Of a stretch of 64,000 nt of DNA, positions 19,879-29,605 are shown in pieces; position 1 is the first letter of the stretch, and the number at the start of each line of letters is the position of its first letter. Source of the stretch: Patescibacteria group bacterium (GTDB lineage Bacteria > Patescibacteriota > Patescibacteriia > Veblenbacterales > UBA10138). The stretch is from contig JBAZOT010000002.1 of the NCBI GenBank assembly GCA_041648575.1, forward strand, positions 34,038 through 98,037, written 5' to 3'. The notes under the pieces were generated by a model that was not told the origin of the DNA, made no database searches, and saw only the letters and a program-made list of their open reading frames with translations. A program made the position numbers and the translations under genes.

Positions 19879-19929
19879 AATAGTGTTATCAGAGTTGTAA
19901 TGTTATAATATTGTAGTAACTCGCTGTTC

Positions 19930-19957
19930 TTGACAAAAAAATTATTTAAGATAGAAT
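19930..19957 (+). promoter_or_regulatory. Promoter of the tRNA-Ser locus
   Basis: TTGACA-N16-TAGAAT. Confidence 0.6.
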
Positions 19958-19978
19958 TATTGGGATCTTTATATTAAT

Positions 19979-20083
19979 GGAGGCGTGCCCGAGTCCCCGA
20001 ACTAGAACATAGTTCAGTACGGGGCATGGGTTGAAGGGGACGGTCTTATCACCCTACGGGTGATCTCCCGAAGGGAGAAAAAC
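19979..20083 (+). pseudogene. tRNA-Ser(TGA)-like 5' half with palindromic inserts in the D loop and anticodon loop
   Basis: ggaggcgtgcccgagt[insert]ggttgaaggggacggtctta[30-nt element]aaaac; no 3' half. Confidence 0.65.
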
Positions 20084-20098
20084 ATTTACAAAATTCAC

Positions 20099-20169
20099 GG
20101 TGGGGTCGCATAGTGGTTTAGTGCACCGGTCTTGTCACCCTACAGGTGATCTCCCGAAGGGAGAAAAAC
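20099..20169 (+). pseudogene. Second tRNA-Ser(TGA)-like 5' half with the 30-nt element in the anticodon
   Basis: ggtggggtcgcatagtggtttagtgcaccggtcttg[element]aaaac; no 3' half. Confidence 0.7.
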
Positions 20170-20184
20170 ATTCACAAAATTCAC

Positions 20185-20275
20185 GGTGGGGTGGCCGAGC
20201 GGTTGAAGGCGACAGTCTTGAAAACTGTTATACCTCAAAAAGGTATCGCGAGTTCGAATCTCGCCCCCACCGCCA
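20185..20275 (+). tRNA. tRNA-Ser(TGA)
   Basis: Acceptor GGTGGGG/CCCCACC, anticodon arm acagt-cttgaaa-actgt, long variable arm, TTCGAAT, encoded CCA. Confidence 0.95.
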
Positions 20276-20288
20276 AAAATAAAGATAT

Positions 20289-20378
20289 GGAGAGGTGGCT
20301 GAGCGGTCTAAAGCAACAGGTTGCTAACCTGTGACCCTTTACCGGGTCCCGTGGGTTCGAATCCCACCCTCTCCGCCA
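20289..20378 (+). tRNA. tRNA-Ser(GCT)
   Basis: Acceptor GGAGAGG/CCTCTCC, anticodon arm acagg-ttgctaa-cctgt, long variable arm, CCA. Confidence 0.95.
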
Positions 20379-20398
20379 TAACAACTTTTTATCGGACA

Positions 20399-20425
20399 AA
20401 GACCCAGCTACTTCGGCTGGGTCTT
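20399..20425 (+). terminator. Hairpin after the tRNA pair
   Basis: aagacccagc-tacttcg-gctgggtctt. Confidence 0.55.
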
Positions 20426-20459
20426 ACCGTAGATCATATTTACGCCTACTATATAACAT

Positions 20460-21545
20460 ATGGAAAACTTAAGCGAGTCGGTCCAAGAATTTAAAGAGAA
20501 GTACGAGAAAATTGCTCAGAACACCAAGCGCCATCACTGGGTTCCGCAATTTTACTTAAAATTTTTTGCAGCAAACGAAGGCGGCGATCAAATATACATG
20601 TATCAATCAGGAAATAATCCGCTATTGGTTGGTATTGCGAATATTGCCACAAGTAAAGATTTATACACTTTTGAGGAAAAAGATACTGGGCAGAAAACTA
20701 GGGTGATGGAGGGGGTGTTTGCTGAGCACGAGGGGGCTGTAGCCACAGTGCTTGCTGAGGTAATTAGGAGTGGAAATCTACCCACAACAGAAAGAGAACG
20801 TTCTGATATTGCCGCCTTCGTTTCCTTACTGCGGGTGCGGGGGCCATCATTTAATGAATGGCTTCAAAATATGGAGATTGAACATATTAAATTGTTCCAA
20901 CAAATCCAAACTGAACATGCGGATTCCCTTAGAGAGGAATTTAAAAAAGTAGGGGTAACTTTTTCATCTGATGAGGAGTTTGAAGAGATGAGAAAATTTA
21001 TGCATGATCCAAAAAATTATTCCATCAAGATGAGTGGGGGTGAAGGGCATTATTTTAAGCAAGCTATGGACTTGAGTAAGGATTTTTACCAAATTCTAAT
21101 GAGCAAAAAATCATGGCACTTACTTATTGCGCCACATAACCGTCATTTCATTACTTCAGACAATCCTGTCGTAATCCAGGAGCCAGTAGATTGCCCACCA
21201 CACGTAGCTGGAGGTGTTCTAAATGGTACTGTATTATTAACGATTGCACCGAAATTTTGCTTAGCATTTCGGAGAATGCCCCTTAACAGCCAAAATATCC
21301 TACTAACAAGGGAAAACGTAAATCACATTAACCGATCAATAGCTAGCGTCGCTCGTAGACAGATCTATAGTCACCTCAATTCGAAAGATTGGGCTATTCT
21401 ATGTAATGAGTATTTGACTGGCAATGAGAGCAAGGTGACCATAAAGAGGCTGGCACCATTTGCGCCATACTATATGGCACAAAGTGTCCCCCAACTCAAA
21501 GAAGCGGATGGTTTAAAAAATAATTCAGTATTACCACTTAAATAA
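20460..21545 (+). CDS. DUF4238-like protein
   Basis: N-terminal HHWVPQFYLKFF and FITSDNPV motifs. Confidence 0.75.
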   Translation: MENLSESVQEFKEKYEKIAQNTKRHHWVPQFYLKFFAANEGGDQIYMYQSGNNPLLVGIANIATSKDLYTFEEKDTGQKTRVMEGVFAEHEGAVATVLAEVIRSGNLPTTERERSDIAAFVSLLRVRGPSFNEWLQNMEIEHIKLFQQIQTEHADSLREEFKKVGVTFSSDEEFEEMRKFMHDPKNYSIKMSGGEGHYFKQAMDLSKDFYQILMSKKSWHLLIAPHNRHFITSDNPVVIQEPVDCPPHVAGGVLNGTVLLTIAPKFCLAFRRMPLNSQNILLTRENVNHINRSIASVARRQIYSHLNSKDWAILCNEYLTGNESKVTIKRLAPFAPYYMAQSVPQLKEADGLKNNSVLPLK

Positions 21546-21580
21546 ACTGTGTTTAGGGGTATCTAATTCACTTTAAATTT

Positions 21581-22348
21581 ATGCCCACAAAAGAACAATT
21601 AGACTTTTTCCAATCATTATCTGAGCAAAAGAAAATTAGGAGAATTAAAAAAGCCCTTGAGAGTTTGATAAGTGTAAGTAAACGACAACTTTTCCTTTTA
21701 GACAAATATGAAAAATCGGCTCGACAAAAAGAAATGGGATTTGCTTATTTTTTTCGTACACTGAAGTATACGTGGGAGAATGTAGATTTTGCATTAGATT
21801 TAAGTAGAAACAGAAATAGGCGCTTTAATATATATCCAACCCGCCTGATTTGTGAAAACGTGTTTAGGCTAGAGTACTATATAAAACAAAAAAAGAAGGA
21901 ACAAAATGAAATCTGCCTTTGGGAAATGCTTCGGTTAATGAAGAGGTACTATGATGAATATGGCGACCTCTATTATAGGAATTCATATGAAGGAATGGTT
22001 AGAGATTTAGGGGAAAAAGGTACTACCTATCCAAATATTGATGATAAGACTGCATACCATGACCCGTTTCCTTCTATAGAGCAGTTGGTTACTAAGAGTA
22101 ATTTACCATCAACAAAAGGTTTTTATATTCATTATAGGTATTTATGTGAGGGGCACCATGGAAAATTATTAGCTATTTATATAGCTGACAACGAAATTGC
22201 CCAATGCAGGAGAAATCTACTTTTGATAGCTTTATTTTGTAAGTGGCTTTTACTTATCACTGATTCTCATATAGAGCATGCCACAAAAGAAATGGTGGCG
22301 GTTACAATAAAAAAGGCTGATGATATTATATTTTCCATTACAAATTAA
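21581..22348 (+). CDS. Hypothetical helical protein (DUF5677/HEPN-like)
   Basis: RLICEN and YRYLCEGHH spacing resembles DUF5677; weak. Confidence 0.4.
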   Translation: MPTKEQLDFFQSLSEQKKIRRIKKALESLISVSKRQLFLLDKYEKSARQKEMGFAYFFRTLKYTWENVDFALDLSRNRNRRFNIYPTRLICENVFRLEYYIKQKKKEQNEICLWEMLRLMKRYYDEYGDLYYRNSYEGMVRDLGEKGTTYPNIDDKTAYHDPFPSIEQLVTKSNLPSTKGFYIHYRYLCEGHHGKLLAIYIADNEIAQCRRNLLLIALFCKWLLLITDSHIEHATKEMVAVTIKKADDIIFSITN

Positions 22349-22551
22349 GCTGACCCACGTGCTTAAAATTGCCCTCTATCCGAACGCTCAAAAATCCCTT
22401 ATAATACCTCTGAAACGGTGGTACTAGACCTACACACACCGCTAGAATAAATTATCAGATTGGCCTGTAGACAAAGGTTTTTTTGTTTAAGGAAGAAATT
22501 ATAAATCTAGATTAGTTGCCAAAACAAACAAATGCTTTCTATAATGATTAA

Positions 22552-23052
22552 ATGCAAACTCCTATCAGAAAAAGTGGCAAATACACTAATCTAAAATCAG
22601 ATCCTTACTTAACGCCTGATAAATTTAACGAACTTAAAAGCATATTAACTAAGCTTAAAAAAATTACCCGCCCAGCCGCCATGGCCGAAGTTAAAAGACT
22701 AGGCGAAATGGGTGATTTTTCGGAAAACGCCGCCTACTCTATAGCCAAAGGACGTTTAAGATATACAAATGAAAAAATTACTGCTTTACAAAATCATTTG
22801 GAAAACGCAGTTATAATAAAATCAATCAAAAATAAGGATACGGTTCAACTTGGACACAATGTTACTATTGAAAATAATGGCGATCAAAAAACCTATCTGA
22901 TACTAGGATCAATGGAAACTAATCCTCTAGAAAATATTATCTCGCTTCACTCCCCGCTAGGTCTGGCGCTGATAGGACACAAAGTTGGTGATAAAATAAA
23001 AATATCCCTAAAAAATAAAACGGTGGAATATAAAATAATCAATATAAAATGA
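22552..23052 (+). CDS. greA: Transcription elongation factor GreA/GreB family
   Basis: GDFSENAAY, ISLHSPLGLALIGHKVGD. Confidence 0.9.
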   Translation: MQTPIRKSGKYTNLKSDPYLTPDKFNELKSILTKLKKITRPAAMAEVKRLGEMGDFSENAAYSIAKGRLRYTNEKITALQNHLENAVIIKSIKNKDTVQLGHNVTIENNGDQKTYLILGSMETNPLENIISLHSPLGLALIGHKVGDKIKISLKNKTVEYKIINIK

Positions 23053-23161
23053 AACTCCACGCCCTTACGGACGTGGTTTCTTTATATTTCAAGCTTCGCT
23101 TGTCCAATAGTTTCTACTATTGGAAGTGCCACTTTATCCACGCCTTAACAGGCGTGGTTTT
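23051..23161. mobile_element. Non-autonomous IS200/IS605-end-like palindromic element (PATE-like)
   Basis: Related hairpins ccacgcccttacggacgtgg and ccacgccttaacaggcgtgg, each followed by ttt, around a central hairpin; no transposase. Confidence 0.5.
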
Positions 23162-23238
23162 AGTTAAGGTATTGAAGGTATATAAAAACACTCCCGAATA
23201 ATTTCTCGAGAGTGTTACAGTTTGTGATGTTATTTTAA

Positions 23239-24429
23239 TTAAATCCGACGAGGTGCGTCAGCTGTCCAAGTGATAAAAATAGCAATAAAGGTATAGCCAC
23301 CGCCAAAAGGTAAAAGGAGAATTTTATCTCCAATTTTTAATGTGCCATCTTCCCAAGCTTTAGCTACACCTAGTGGCACAGCAGCGGAAGTGGTATTGCC
23401 AAATTGTTGAATAGTATTGTACATCAAACCTTTGTAACCGCGTTCCCTGAGATTGCTTTCAATATTATCATTAATCCGCAAATTAGCTTGGTGTGGAAAA
23501 ATAATATCAATATTATCCAAACTTATACCAGCCCGGTTAATTGCTTTACCCACCACTATATTATCAGCCGCCTCCTTCGGATTAGATAACAAATTAATGA
23601 CCTCTTTTAGCACCTTTTTGCCATCCTGCCAGAGCATATCCGGACGAAACTTAAATAAATCAGTTTCAGCCTCAACTAAATCTTCCAGGGTAAGTTGATT
23701 AGCTGAACCGCCGGCCCGAGCCATAATATTAAGAGCGCCAGCTGGTTCTGTGCCAGCAAAAAAGGATATCGCACCATACGGAAAAGAGGAATGAGCTGCT
23801 GACACAGACTCCAAAACAAAAGCAACCGCAGCATCACCTAATAATATGGAAAAATTGCGATTGGACATATCAACAGTACTACTCATCTTATCCGCACCAA
23901 CCACCACACCAAATTTATATAGACCACTTTTAATAAGCGAATAGCCCAGTAATAAACCAGCACCAAAACTGGTACAAGCAGAAGATACGTCAACTACTAA
24001 ACAATTTTTTAAGCCCAATTCATCACGCACTAAATTTCCACTGACATTGATTTTACCGACTACTAAAGCAGCGGTCGGGGGCGAATACCGATAATCGGGA
24101 CTAACGGTAGCTACAATAATGAATTCACACTCATCAATTTTACGGCCGCAACTACTGATACCTTTTTGTACTGCCTGTGCAGCCAAATCACTGGTTGACC
24201 CACTAGTAAAATAACGAGATTTGATACCAGTTCTGGACTCTATCCAGTCAGGGGTGGTTAAAAGTTCCTTAACTTCTTTTTCGGTAAGGTCGGTAGAACC
24301 AGAAATTCTAAACTTTTTTTGACGAACAGCTACCTCTATTATATCGGCCATAGTTTGGTTATCTATTTTCTTTTCGCCTAAACAATAACCAACACCGGTT
24401 ATACCAACATCAACCTCCATAATTTTCAT
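23239..24429 (-). CDS. fabH: 3-oxoacyl-ACP synthase III (FabH-like)
   Basis: WIESRTGI, SACTSF (Cys), PHQAN (His), GNTTSAA (Asn), FGGG. Confidence 0.88.
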   Translation of the reverse strand: MKIMEVDVGITGVGYCLGEKKIDNQTMADIIEVAVRQKKFRISGSTDLTEKEVKELLTTPDWIESRTGIKSRYFTSGSTSDLAAQAVQKGISSCGRKIDECEFIIVATVSPDYRYSPPTAALVVGKINVSGNLVRDELGLKNCLVVDVSSACTSFGAGLLLGYSLIKSGLYKFGVVVGADKMSSTVDMSNRNFSILLGDAAVAFVLESVSAAHSSFPYGAISFFAGTEPAGALNIMARAGGSANQLTLEDLVEAETDLFKFRPDMLWQDGKKVLKEVINLLSNPKEAADNIVVGKAINRAGISLDNIDIIFPHQANLRINDNIESNLRERGYKGLMYNTIQQFGNTTSAAVPLGVAKAWEDGTLKIGDKILLLPFGGGYTFIAIFITWTADAPRRI

Positions 24430-25002
24430 GATATTCTCCTTTATTTTATTAAGTTGCGATTTATCTATTATTTTATTTTGTAAGTTACTTATAGTTCAAA
24501 TATATTAATTTGTCAATCATATTCACCAAATATGATATTTTTATAATTTTACTATTTTTTACGAGACTGAAATAGGAACACTAAGATTAAAAAAAGAACT
24601 TTAGCAACCAATCAAAAAAATATTTTATGTTTTGAACATTCCATTCACCCTATGACACCAGCTATTATCTGGAAACAGGATTTATAACCAGCCCACCCGC
24701 TTGACCAAAAAATTATTATTTACAATCCTAAACGCGCAACCCAAGGTATAACCACTGCTATAATAAAATTTTTAGAGTAAACAAATTTAATTATAGCTTC
24801 ATCGTAATTCTAGTTCCAATATTTCTACTATATTTTTATTACTTCCCCCTAATGTTGCCGGACTTTAACTAACTCTATCTAAAAGGCAATAAAAAAATAT
24901 TTACTTATGTCCATAATACATACATTTGACTATCTTAACTCAAGTGTTAAAATCTAAGTCATAAGGTCGAAAAATAACTAATAATAATTAAGAAATAAAT
25001 CT

Positions 25003-25845
25003 ATGCTAAAAAAACATTTTATTTTTTCACTAATCTTAGCACTCATAATAACTTTGGTGCCGTTATTTTCTGCAACTCCTAGCCAAGCTGCACCTAATGT
25101 TGATTTGCCAGAACAAGCTGGAATTTATGATATACCAGGAAATCCTCATTTAAAATTAAGGGTATTTGTTCATGCGGCAAATAATCAAAACTATGGTAAA
25201 CCCACTAGTTCCAAGGGAAAACCAACGCCTCCACCGCCCTCTGAAACATGTCGCCCCACCAGTACGGCTGATCCTGATTCTTTGGCAGTTGTCGCGGGCG
25301 CCGGTTGGACATTGCCTTCTACTTGGACTTACAACTTAAATCTCGCTAGCATCCCAGCTACAATTGGTTCAACTAACTTAACTACTATTACTGATAATGC
25401 TTTTGATGTTTGGTTGAGTATACCTACAGTTAACCAAAGTGTAAATATTGTACGTGGTAATGATACTACTGTTGTCAAAGCACAATTTGATAGCAGCAAT
25501 ATTATTGCCTGGGGTAGAACTTCTGGCTCGGCTCTGGCTGTTTCATATATTTGGTACAATACGTTAACTCATGTTGCTACCGAAATTGATACTATTATGA
25601 ACAAAAGCTTTACTTGGTATTGGTCAAACCCTGCCAACTGGCCAGCTGGGCAAACTTGCGCCTACAGCGGCGTTTATGATGCTCAAAATATTCTCACACA
25701 TGAACTCGGACATACTATAGGGCTTGATGATGAATATACTAGTGCCTATATTAATAACACCATGTATGGCTATGGATCAACTGGTGAGACCAAGAAGAAT
25801 ACACTAACTACGGGAGATAAAACTGGCGTAGGAAATTTGTATTAA
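25003..25845 (+). CDS. Secreted matrixin-like (metzincin) metalloprotease
   Basis: Signal peptide, HELGHTIGLDD, Met-turn TMY. Confidence 0.8.
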   Translation: MLKKHFIFSLILALIITLVPLFSATPSQAAPNVDLPEQAGIYDIPGNPHLKLRVFVHAANNQNYGKPTSSKGKPTPPPPSETCRPTSTADPDSLAVVAGAGWTLPSTWTYNLNLASIPATIGSTNLTTITDNAFDVWLSIPTVNQSVNIVRGNDTTVVKAQFDSSNIIAWGRTSGSALAVSYIWYNTLTHVATEIDTIMNKSFTWYWSNPANWPAGQTCAYSGVYDAQNILTHELGHTIGLDDEYTSAYINNTMYGYGSTGETKKNTLTTGDKTGVGNLY

Positions 25846-25862
25846 TAAATAGACTATCCGCT

Positions 25863-25894
25863 AAAACAGGGCTACAAACCCTGTTTTGTTTTAA
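25863..25894 (+). terminator. Intrinsic terminator, direct repeat of 32056-32087
   Basis: aaaacagggctacaaaccctgttttgttttaa. Confidence 0.7.
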
Positions 25895-25910
25895 GGCTTT
25901 GTTAATAATG

Positions 25911-26040
25911 GGACTTACACGGTTAGGTGTCATTGCGAGCGCAAGCGAAGCAATCTCTGGTTGATGCTAGTGTTTTATTAAGATTACTTCGTCGCTTGAC
26001 TCCTCGCAATGACGCAGAGTAGGCCAAACGCGAAAGTCCT
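25911..26040. repeat. Composite REP/RPE-like inverted pair within ggactt...aagtcc outer inverted ends
   Basis: gtcattgcgagcgcaagcgaagcaatctc ... agattacttcgtcgcttgactcctcgcaatgac. Confidence 0.65.
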
Positions 26041-26217
26041 AAAATAAATTATTTTTAAAGAAATATATGTGAATTAAAACCTCCACCCCATCCCCTAGTG
26101 TTGCTGGGAGCGCTTGCCTGTTACCCAAAAATAGTAAACTAAACATAATTGATATAAAATAGTATAAGATGATAAGCTACATTAATTCGCTGCTGACTTA
26201 ATTTGAAAACTATCTAA

Positions 26218-26778
26218 ATGCTTAACGATTCTGATATTCAACTTATAACCAATTATTTAAAAAAAGATGATAAATCTTTAGAGATTTTGGTCAACCGCTA
26301 TTTAAAACCAATTTATGGCTTTGTTTATAGATTTACCAATAATCTTCAAGACACCGATGATATAACTCAAGAAGTTTTTGTAAAGATCTGGAAGAATTTA
26401 AAAAAATTTGACCAAACCAAAAATTTCAAAACCTGGCTTTTTACTATAGCCAAAAACACTGCCATTGACTGGCTGCGCCGTCACCAAGACATTTTATTCT
26501 CGGAATTAATAAAAACAGAAGACGGAGAAAGTTTAGAAGATAATATTATTGATGACGCTCCCCTGCCTTCAGAAATTTTTGAACACCAACATCTGGCCCA
26601 AGAGCTTAATTCAGCGGTGCATAAACTACCTGCTATTTATCAAACTGTCTTATCTTTATACTATCAGGAGGGGTTTACTTTTCAAGAAATTTCTGAAATC
26701 TTAGAAAAATCTGTAAATACTGTCAAAAGCCGGCACTGGCGGGCAATTAAAGCCTTGCGAAAAGAGATGCTTATCTAA
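26218..26778 (+). CDS. ECF sigma-70 factor
   Basis: DITQEVFVKIW, FKTWLFTIAKN, FQEISEIL...VNTVKSR. Confidence 0.92.
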   Translation: MLNDSDIQLITNYLKKDDKSLEILVNRYLKPIYGFVYRFTNNLQDTDDITQEVFVKIWKNLKKFDQTKNFKTWLFTIAKNTAIDWLRRHQDILFSELIKTEDGESLEDNIIDDAPLPSEIFEHQHLAQELNSAVHKLPAIYQTVLSLYYQEGFTFQEISEILEKSVNTVKSRHWRAIKALRKEMLI

Positions 26779-26846
26779 AACGCACCCAAATCAGCAATCT
26801 ATACGTATTAATAAATAGAAGGACTTTTCTATTTATTTTTATACAT

Positions 26847-27269
26847 ATGCATCAAGATTACCATAAATTACTTAATTTGCTTGATTCCCCCCAACCCCCA
26901 GAAAATTTATTTAATCTAATACTAAAAAGGGTAGAATTAGAAAAACAACGAACTAAAGCTAAAATTAGATTAGTAATTTTTTCAGTTACTACTGTTATAT
27001 CGCTAGTAGCTTTAATCATAACTTATCAAATTACTAGTTCACATCTATACCAATCTGGTTTTGCTGAAACTTTTTCCTTAATCTTCTCTGATTGGCAGTA
27101 CCTTAGCGGTTATTGGCAGAACTTTACAATGTTTTTATTAGAATCATTACCCGTTACCAGTTTGATTATGTTATTGGTTTCCATGCTATTATTCATCAAT
27201 TCAATTAAAGTTTTAATCAAAAATATAAAATTATCGTTAATACCTTTTAATCATAATTTAGGAGTATAA
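26847..27269 (+). CDS. Membrane protein, putative anti-sigma factor
   Basis: Directly after the ECF gene; short soluble N-terminus and two TM segments. Confidence 0.5.
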   Translation: MHQDYHKLLNLLDSPQPPENLFNLILKRVELEKQRTKAKIRLVIFSVTTVISLVALIITYQITSSHLYQSGFAETFSLIFSDWQYLSGYWQNFTMFLLESLPVTSLIMLLVSMLLFINSIKVLIKNIKLSLIPFNHNLGV

Positions 27270-27273
27270 ATTT

Positions 27274-27756
27274 ATGGAAATTACCAAATTTTTACAATCA
27301 AAAATATTTCTTACCACTACTTGGATAATTGGCATCATTATTATCTTACTTTGTGTTTTTCAGGTTGGGGTTATGGTAGGCGCTAGAAAAGCCGGCTTTA
27401 CTTATCGCTGGGGAGAAAATTATCACCGTAATTTTGCCGGTCCCCGTAGCGGCTTTCCTTTGCCTGGTTTAGATGACCGAGATTTTATTGAAGCTAATGG
27501 TATAATTGGACAAATCATTAAGCTAGATTCTAACTCTTTGATTATCAAGGGGCGAGATAATGTGGAAAGGGTTGTATTAGTTAATGATCAAACCAATATT
27601 CTACGCTTTAAAGATGAAATTAACTACTCTGACTTAAAAATTGATGATTTTGTCGTGATCATTGGCGAACCTAATGATACTGGCCAAATTGAAGCTAAGT
27701 TTATTAGAATAATGCCACAGCCACCTTTAAGCAATCTACGTTCAAAAATGATGTAA
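27274..27756 (+). CDS. Single-TM DUF5666-like protein
   Basis: DLKIDDFVVIIGEPNDTGQIEAKFIRI. Confidence 0.55.
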   Translation: MEITKFLQSKIFLTTTWIIGIIIILLCVFQVGVMVGARKAGFTYRWGENYHRNFAGPRSGFPLPGLDDRDFIEANGIIGQIIKLDSNSLIIKGRDNVERVVLVNDQTNILRFKDEINYSDLKIDDFVVIIGEPNDTGQIEAKFIRIMPQPPLSNLRSKMM

Positions 27757-27778
27757 TAATAAATAACCTATTTCTTTT

Positions 27779-29596
27779 ATGTTTAAGAAAATTTGGAACT
27801 TTATCATAACTAAAAAATTTACCACTGGTATAATTGTTTTATTATTAATAGGCGGTGGCTATTGGGGAATTAAACATTTTACTAACACTGTTGAGCAAAC
27901 AAGCTATATTCTGGGCCAAGTGGTCAAAGGCACTATTATTACTTCGGTTTCTGGCACTGGTCAGGTTGCTGCTTCTAGCCAGGTAGATATAAAACCAAAA
28001 ATTTCAGGAGAGATTGACGCTATTTATATTAAAAAAAATCAAGAAATTAAAACGGGTCAACTACTAGCTAAAATAAATACTAGCGACGCGCAACGGGCAG
28101 TACGTGATGCAGAGATAAATCTAGAAACTGCACAAGTTCAACTAGAAGAATTACTAAAACCGGCTGACGAATTAACAATCCTGCAAGCAGAAAACGCGGT
28201 AGTTAAAGCAAAAGATTCAAAACAAAAAGCCGAAGATAATATTATTCAGGGCTATGAAGATGCTTTTAATGCTGTTACTGACACGTTTTTTGACTTACCA
28301 ACAATCATGACTGGAGTGAACGATGTTTTATATAGTTACAACATTGCTAAAAGTGAAGTCACTATTGATAACAATATATGGAATGTATCAGCTCTAAAAA
28401 ATAATATTAAATATGACGACTTACCAGAACTAGAAAAATTTATAAACTCTGCAGAAAGTAATTACAAAATAGCTAGAGAAAAATACGATGTGAATTTTCA
28501 AAATTATCGAGACAGTAGTCGTTATTCTGAATACAGCGTTACTGAAACGTTATTAGAAGAAACCCTAGAAACTCTTAGAGCAATGGCAGAGGTTATAAAA
28601 AGTGAGGTTAACTTTTTTGATTATTGGGTTGACAGTCGAACCAAATACGATTATCCAATTTTTAGTAAAGTTACTCAATATCAGTCAGATTTAAAATCAT
28701 ATACTTCAAAAACCAACGGCTATCTGACAAGTCTGTTAAGTATTGAACAATCATTTCAAGATAACAGACAAGCTGTAGTGGATGCTGAATATTCAATAAA
28801 AGAAAAAGAGTTATTACTTACTGATTTAAAAGAAGGTGCAACTGATCTTGATATTAGAACTCAAAAAATAGCGATTGAACAAAAACAAGCAAGCTTAGAT
28901 GCTGCTAAAAGCACTACAGCTGATTGCTATATTTATGCTCCTTTTGATGGCGTCATTGCTGTAAAAAATGATGACATTAAAAAAGGAGATTCAGTCTCTC
29001 CCAGCACAGTTTTAGGATCTTTGATTACTAAACAGCATCTGGCGGAAATTACCTTAAACGAATTAGATGTGGCAAAGGTCAAGGTCGAACAAAAAGCCAA
29101 TTTAACTTTTGATGCTATAGAAAATTTGACAGTAACCGGAGAAGTGGCTGATATTGATTCAATTGGCACCGTTAGCCAGGGGGTGGTTACTTATAATGTT
29201 AAAATTGTTTTTGCCACCCAAGAAGACCAAGTTAAATCAGGCATGACTGTATCCGCTTCTATTATTACTGATGTTAAACAGGATGTGCTGTTGGTTCCCA
29301 ATTCTGCTGTTAAATCTGCCAATGGTAATTACTACGTGGAAATGCCGGATGAAGATGTAAGTAATAGCCAATCTGCCAGTACCACCGGCGGTATTTATTT
29401 ACAGAATCCACCTAAAAGACAAACAATTGAAATTGATTTGGCTAATGATACTAGTACCGAGGTAACTAATGGTCTACAACAAGCTGACCAGGTTATAATA
29501 CGAATTGTTAGTTCAACTACCTCCACGACTACCACATCATCGAATCAAGGAAATATATTTACAACCGGAGCCAGTGGACTACGCCCCAGAGACTAA
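27779..29596 (+). CDS. Efflux periplasmic adaptor (MacA/HlyD-like) with long coiled coil
   Basis: VSGTGQV, IYAPFDGVI, DVLLVPNSAV. Confidence 0.88.
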   Translation: MFKKIWNFIITKKFTTGIIVLLLIGGGYWGIKHFTNTVEQTSYILGQVVKGTIITSVSGTGQVAASSQVDIKPKISGEIDAIYIKKNQEIKTGQLLAKINTSDAQRAVRDAEINLETAQVQLEELLKPADELTILQAENAVVKAKDSKQKAEDNIIQGYEDAFNAVTDTFFDLPTIMTGVNDVLYSYNIAKSEVTIDNNIWNVSALKNNIKYDDLPELEKFINSAESNYKIAREKYDVNFQNYRDSSRYSEYSVTETLLEETLETLRAMAEVIKSEVNFFDYWVDSRTKYDYPIFSKVTQYQSDLKSYTSKTNGYLTSLLSIEQSFQDNRQAVVDAEYSIKEKELLLTDLKEGATDLDIRTQKIAIEQKQASLDAAKSTTADCYIYAPFDGVIAVKNDDIKKGDSVSPSTVLGSLITKQHLAEITLNELDVAKVKVEQKANLTFDAIENLTVTGEVADIDSIGTVSQGVVTYNVKIVFATQEDQVKSGMTVSASIITDVKQDVLLVPNSAVKSANGNYYVEMPDEDVSNSQSASTTGGIYLQNPPKRQTIEIDLANDTSTEVTNGLQQADQVIIRIVSSTTSTTTTSSNQGNIFTTGASGLRPRD

Positions 29597-29605
29597 AGTG
29601 GCTTT

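Noticed and set aside
20042-20192. Mini CRISPR array or tRNA introns
   Set aside because: Only two ~65-nt units with tRNA D-arm spacers; the 3' tRNA halves are missing, so splicing would not yield a tRNA.
22355-22385. Possible attR copy of the tRNA-Ser(GCT) 3' end
   Set aside because: Only a patchy match (ccctct/ccg) that needs several gaps.
24600-24780. Possible GNAT pseudogene fragment (RATQGITTAIIKFLE)
   Set aside because: Short, contains a stop codon, and the motif resemblance is too weak.
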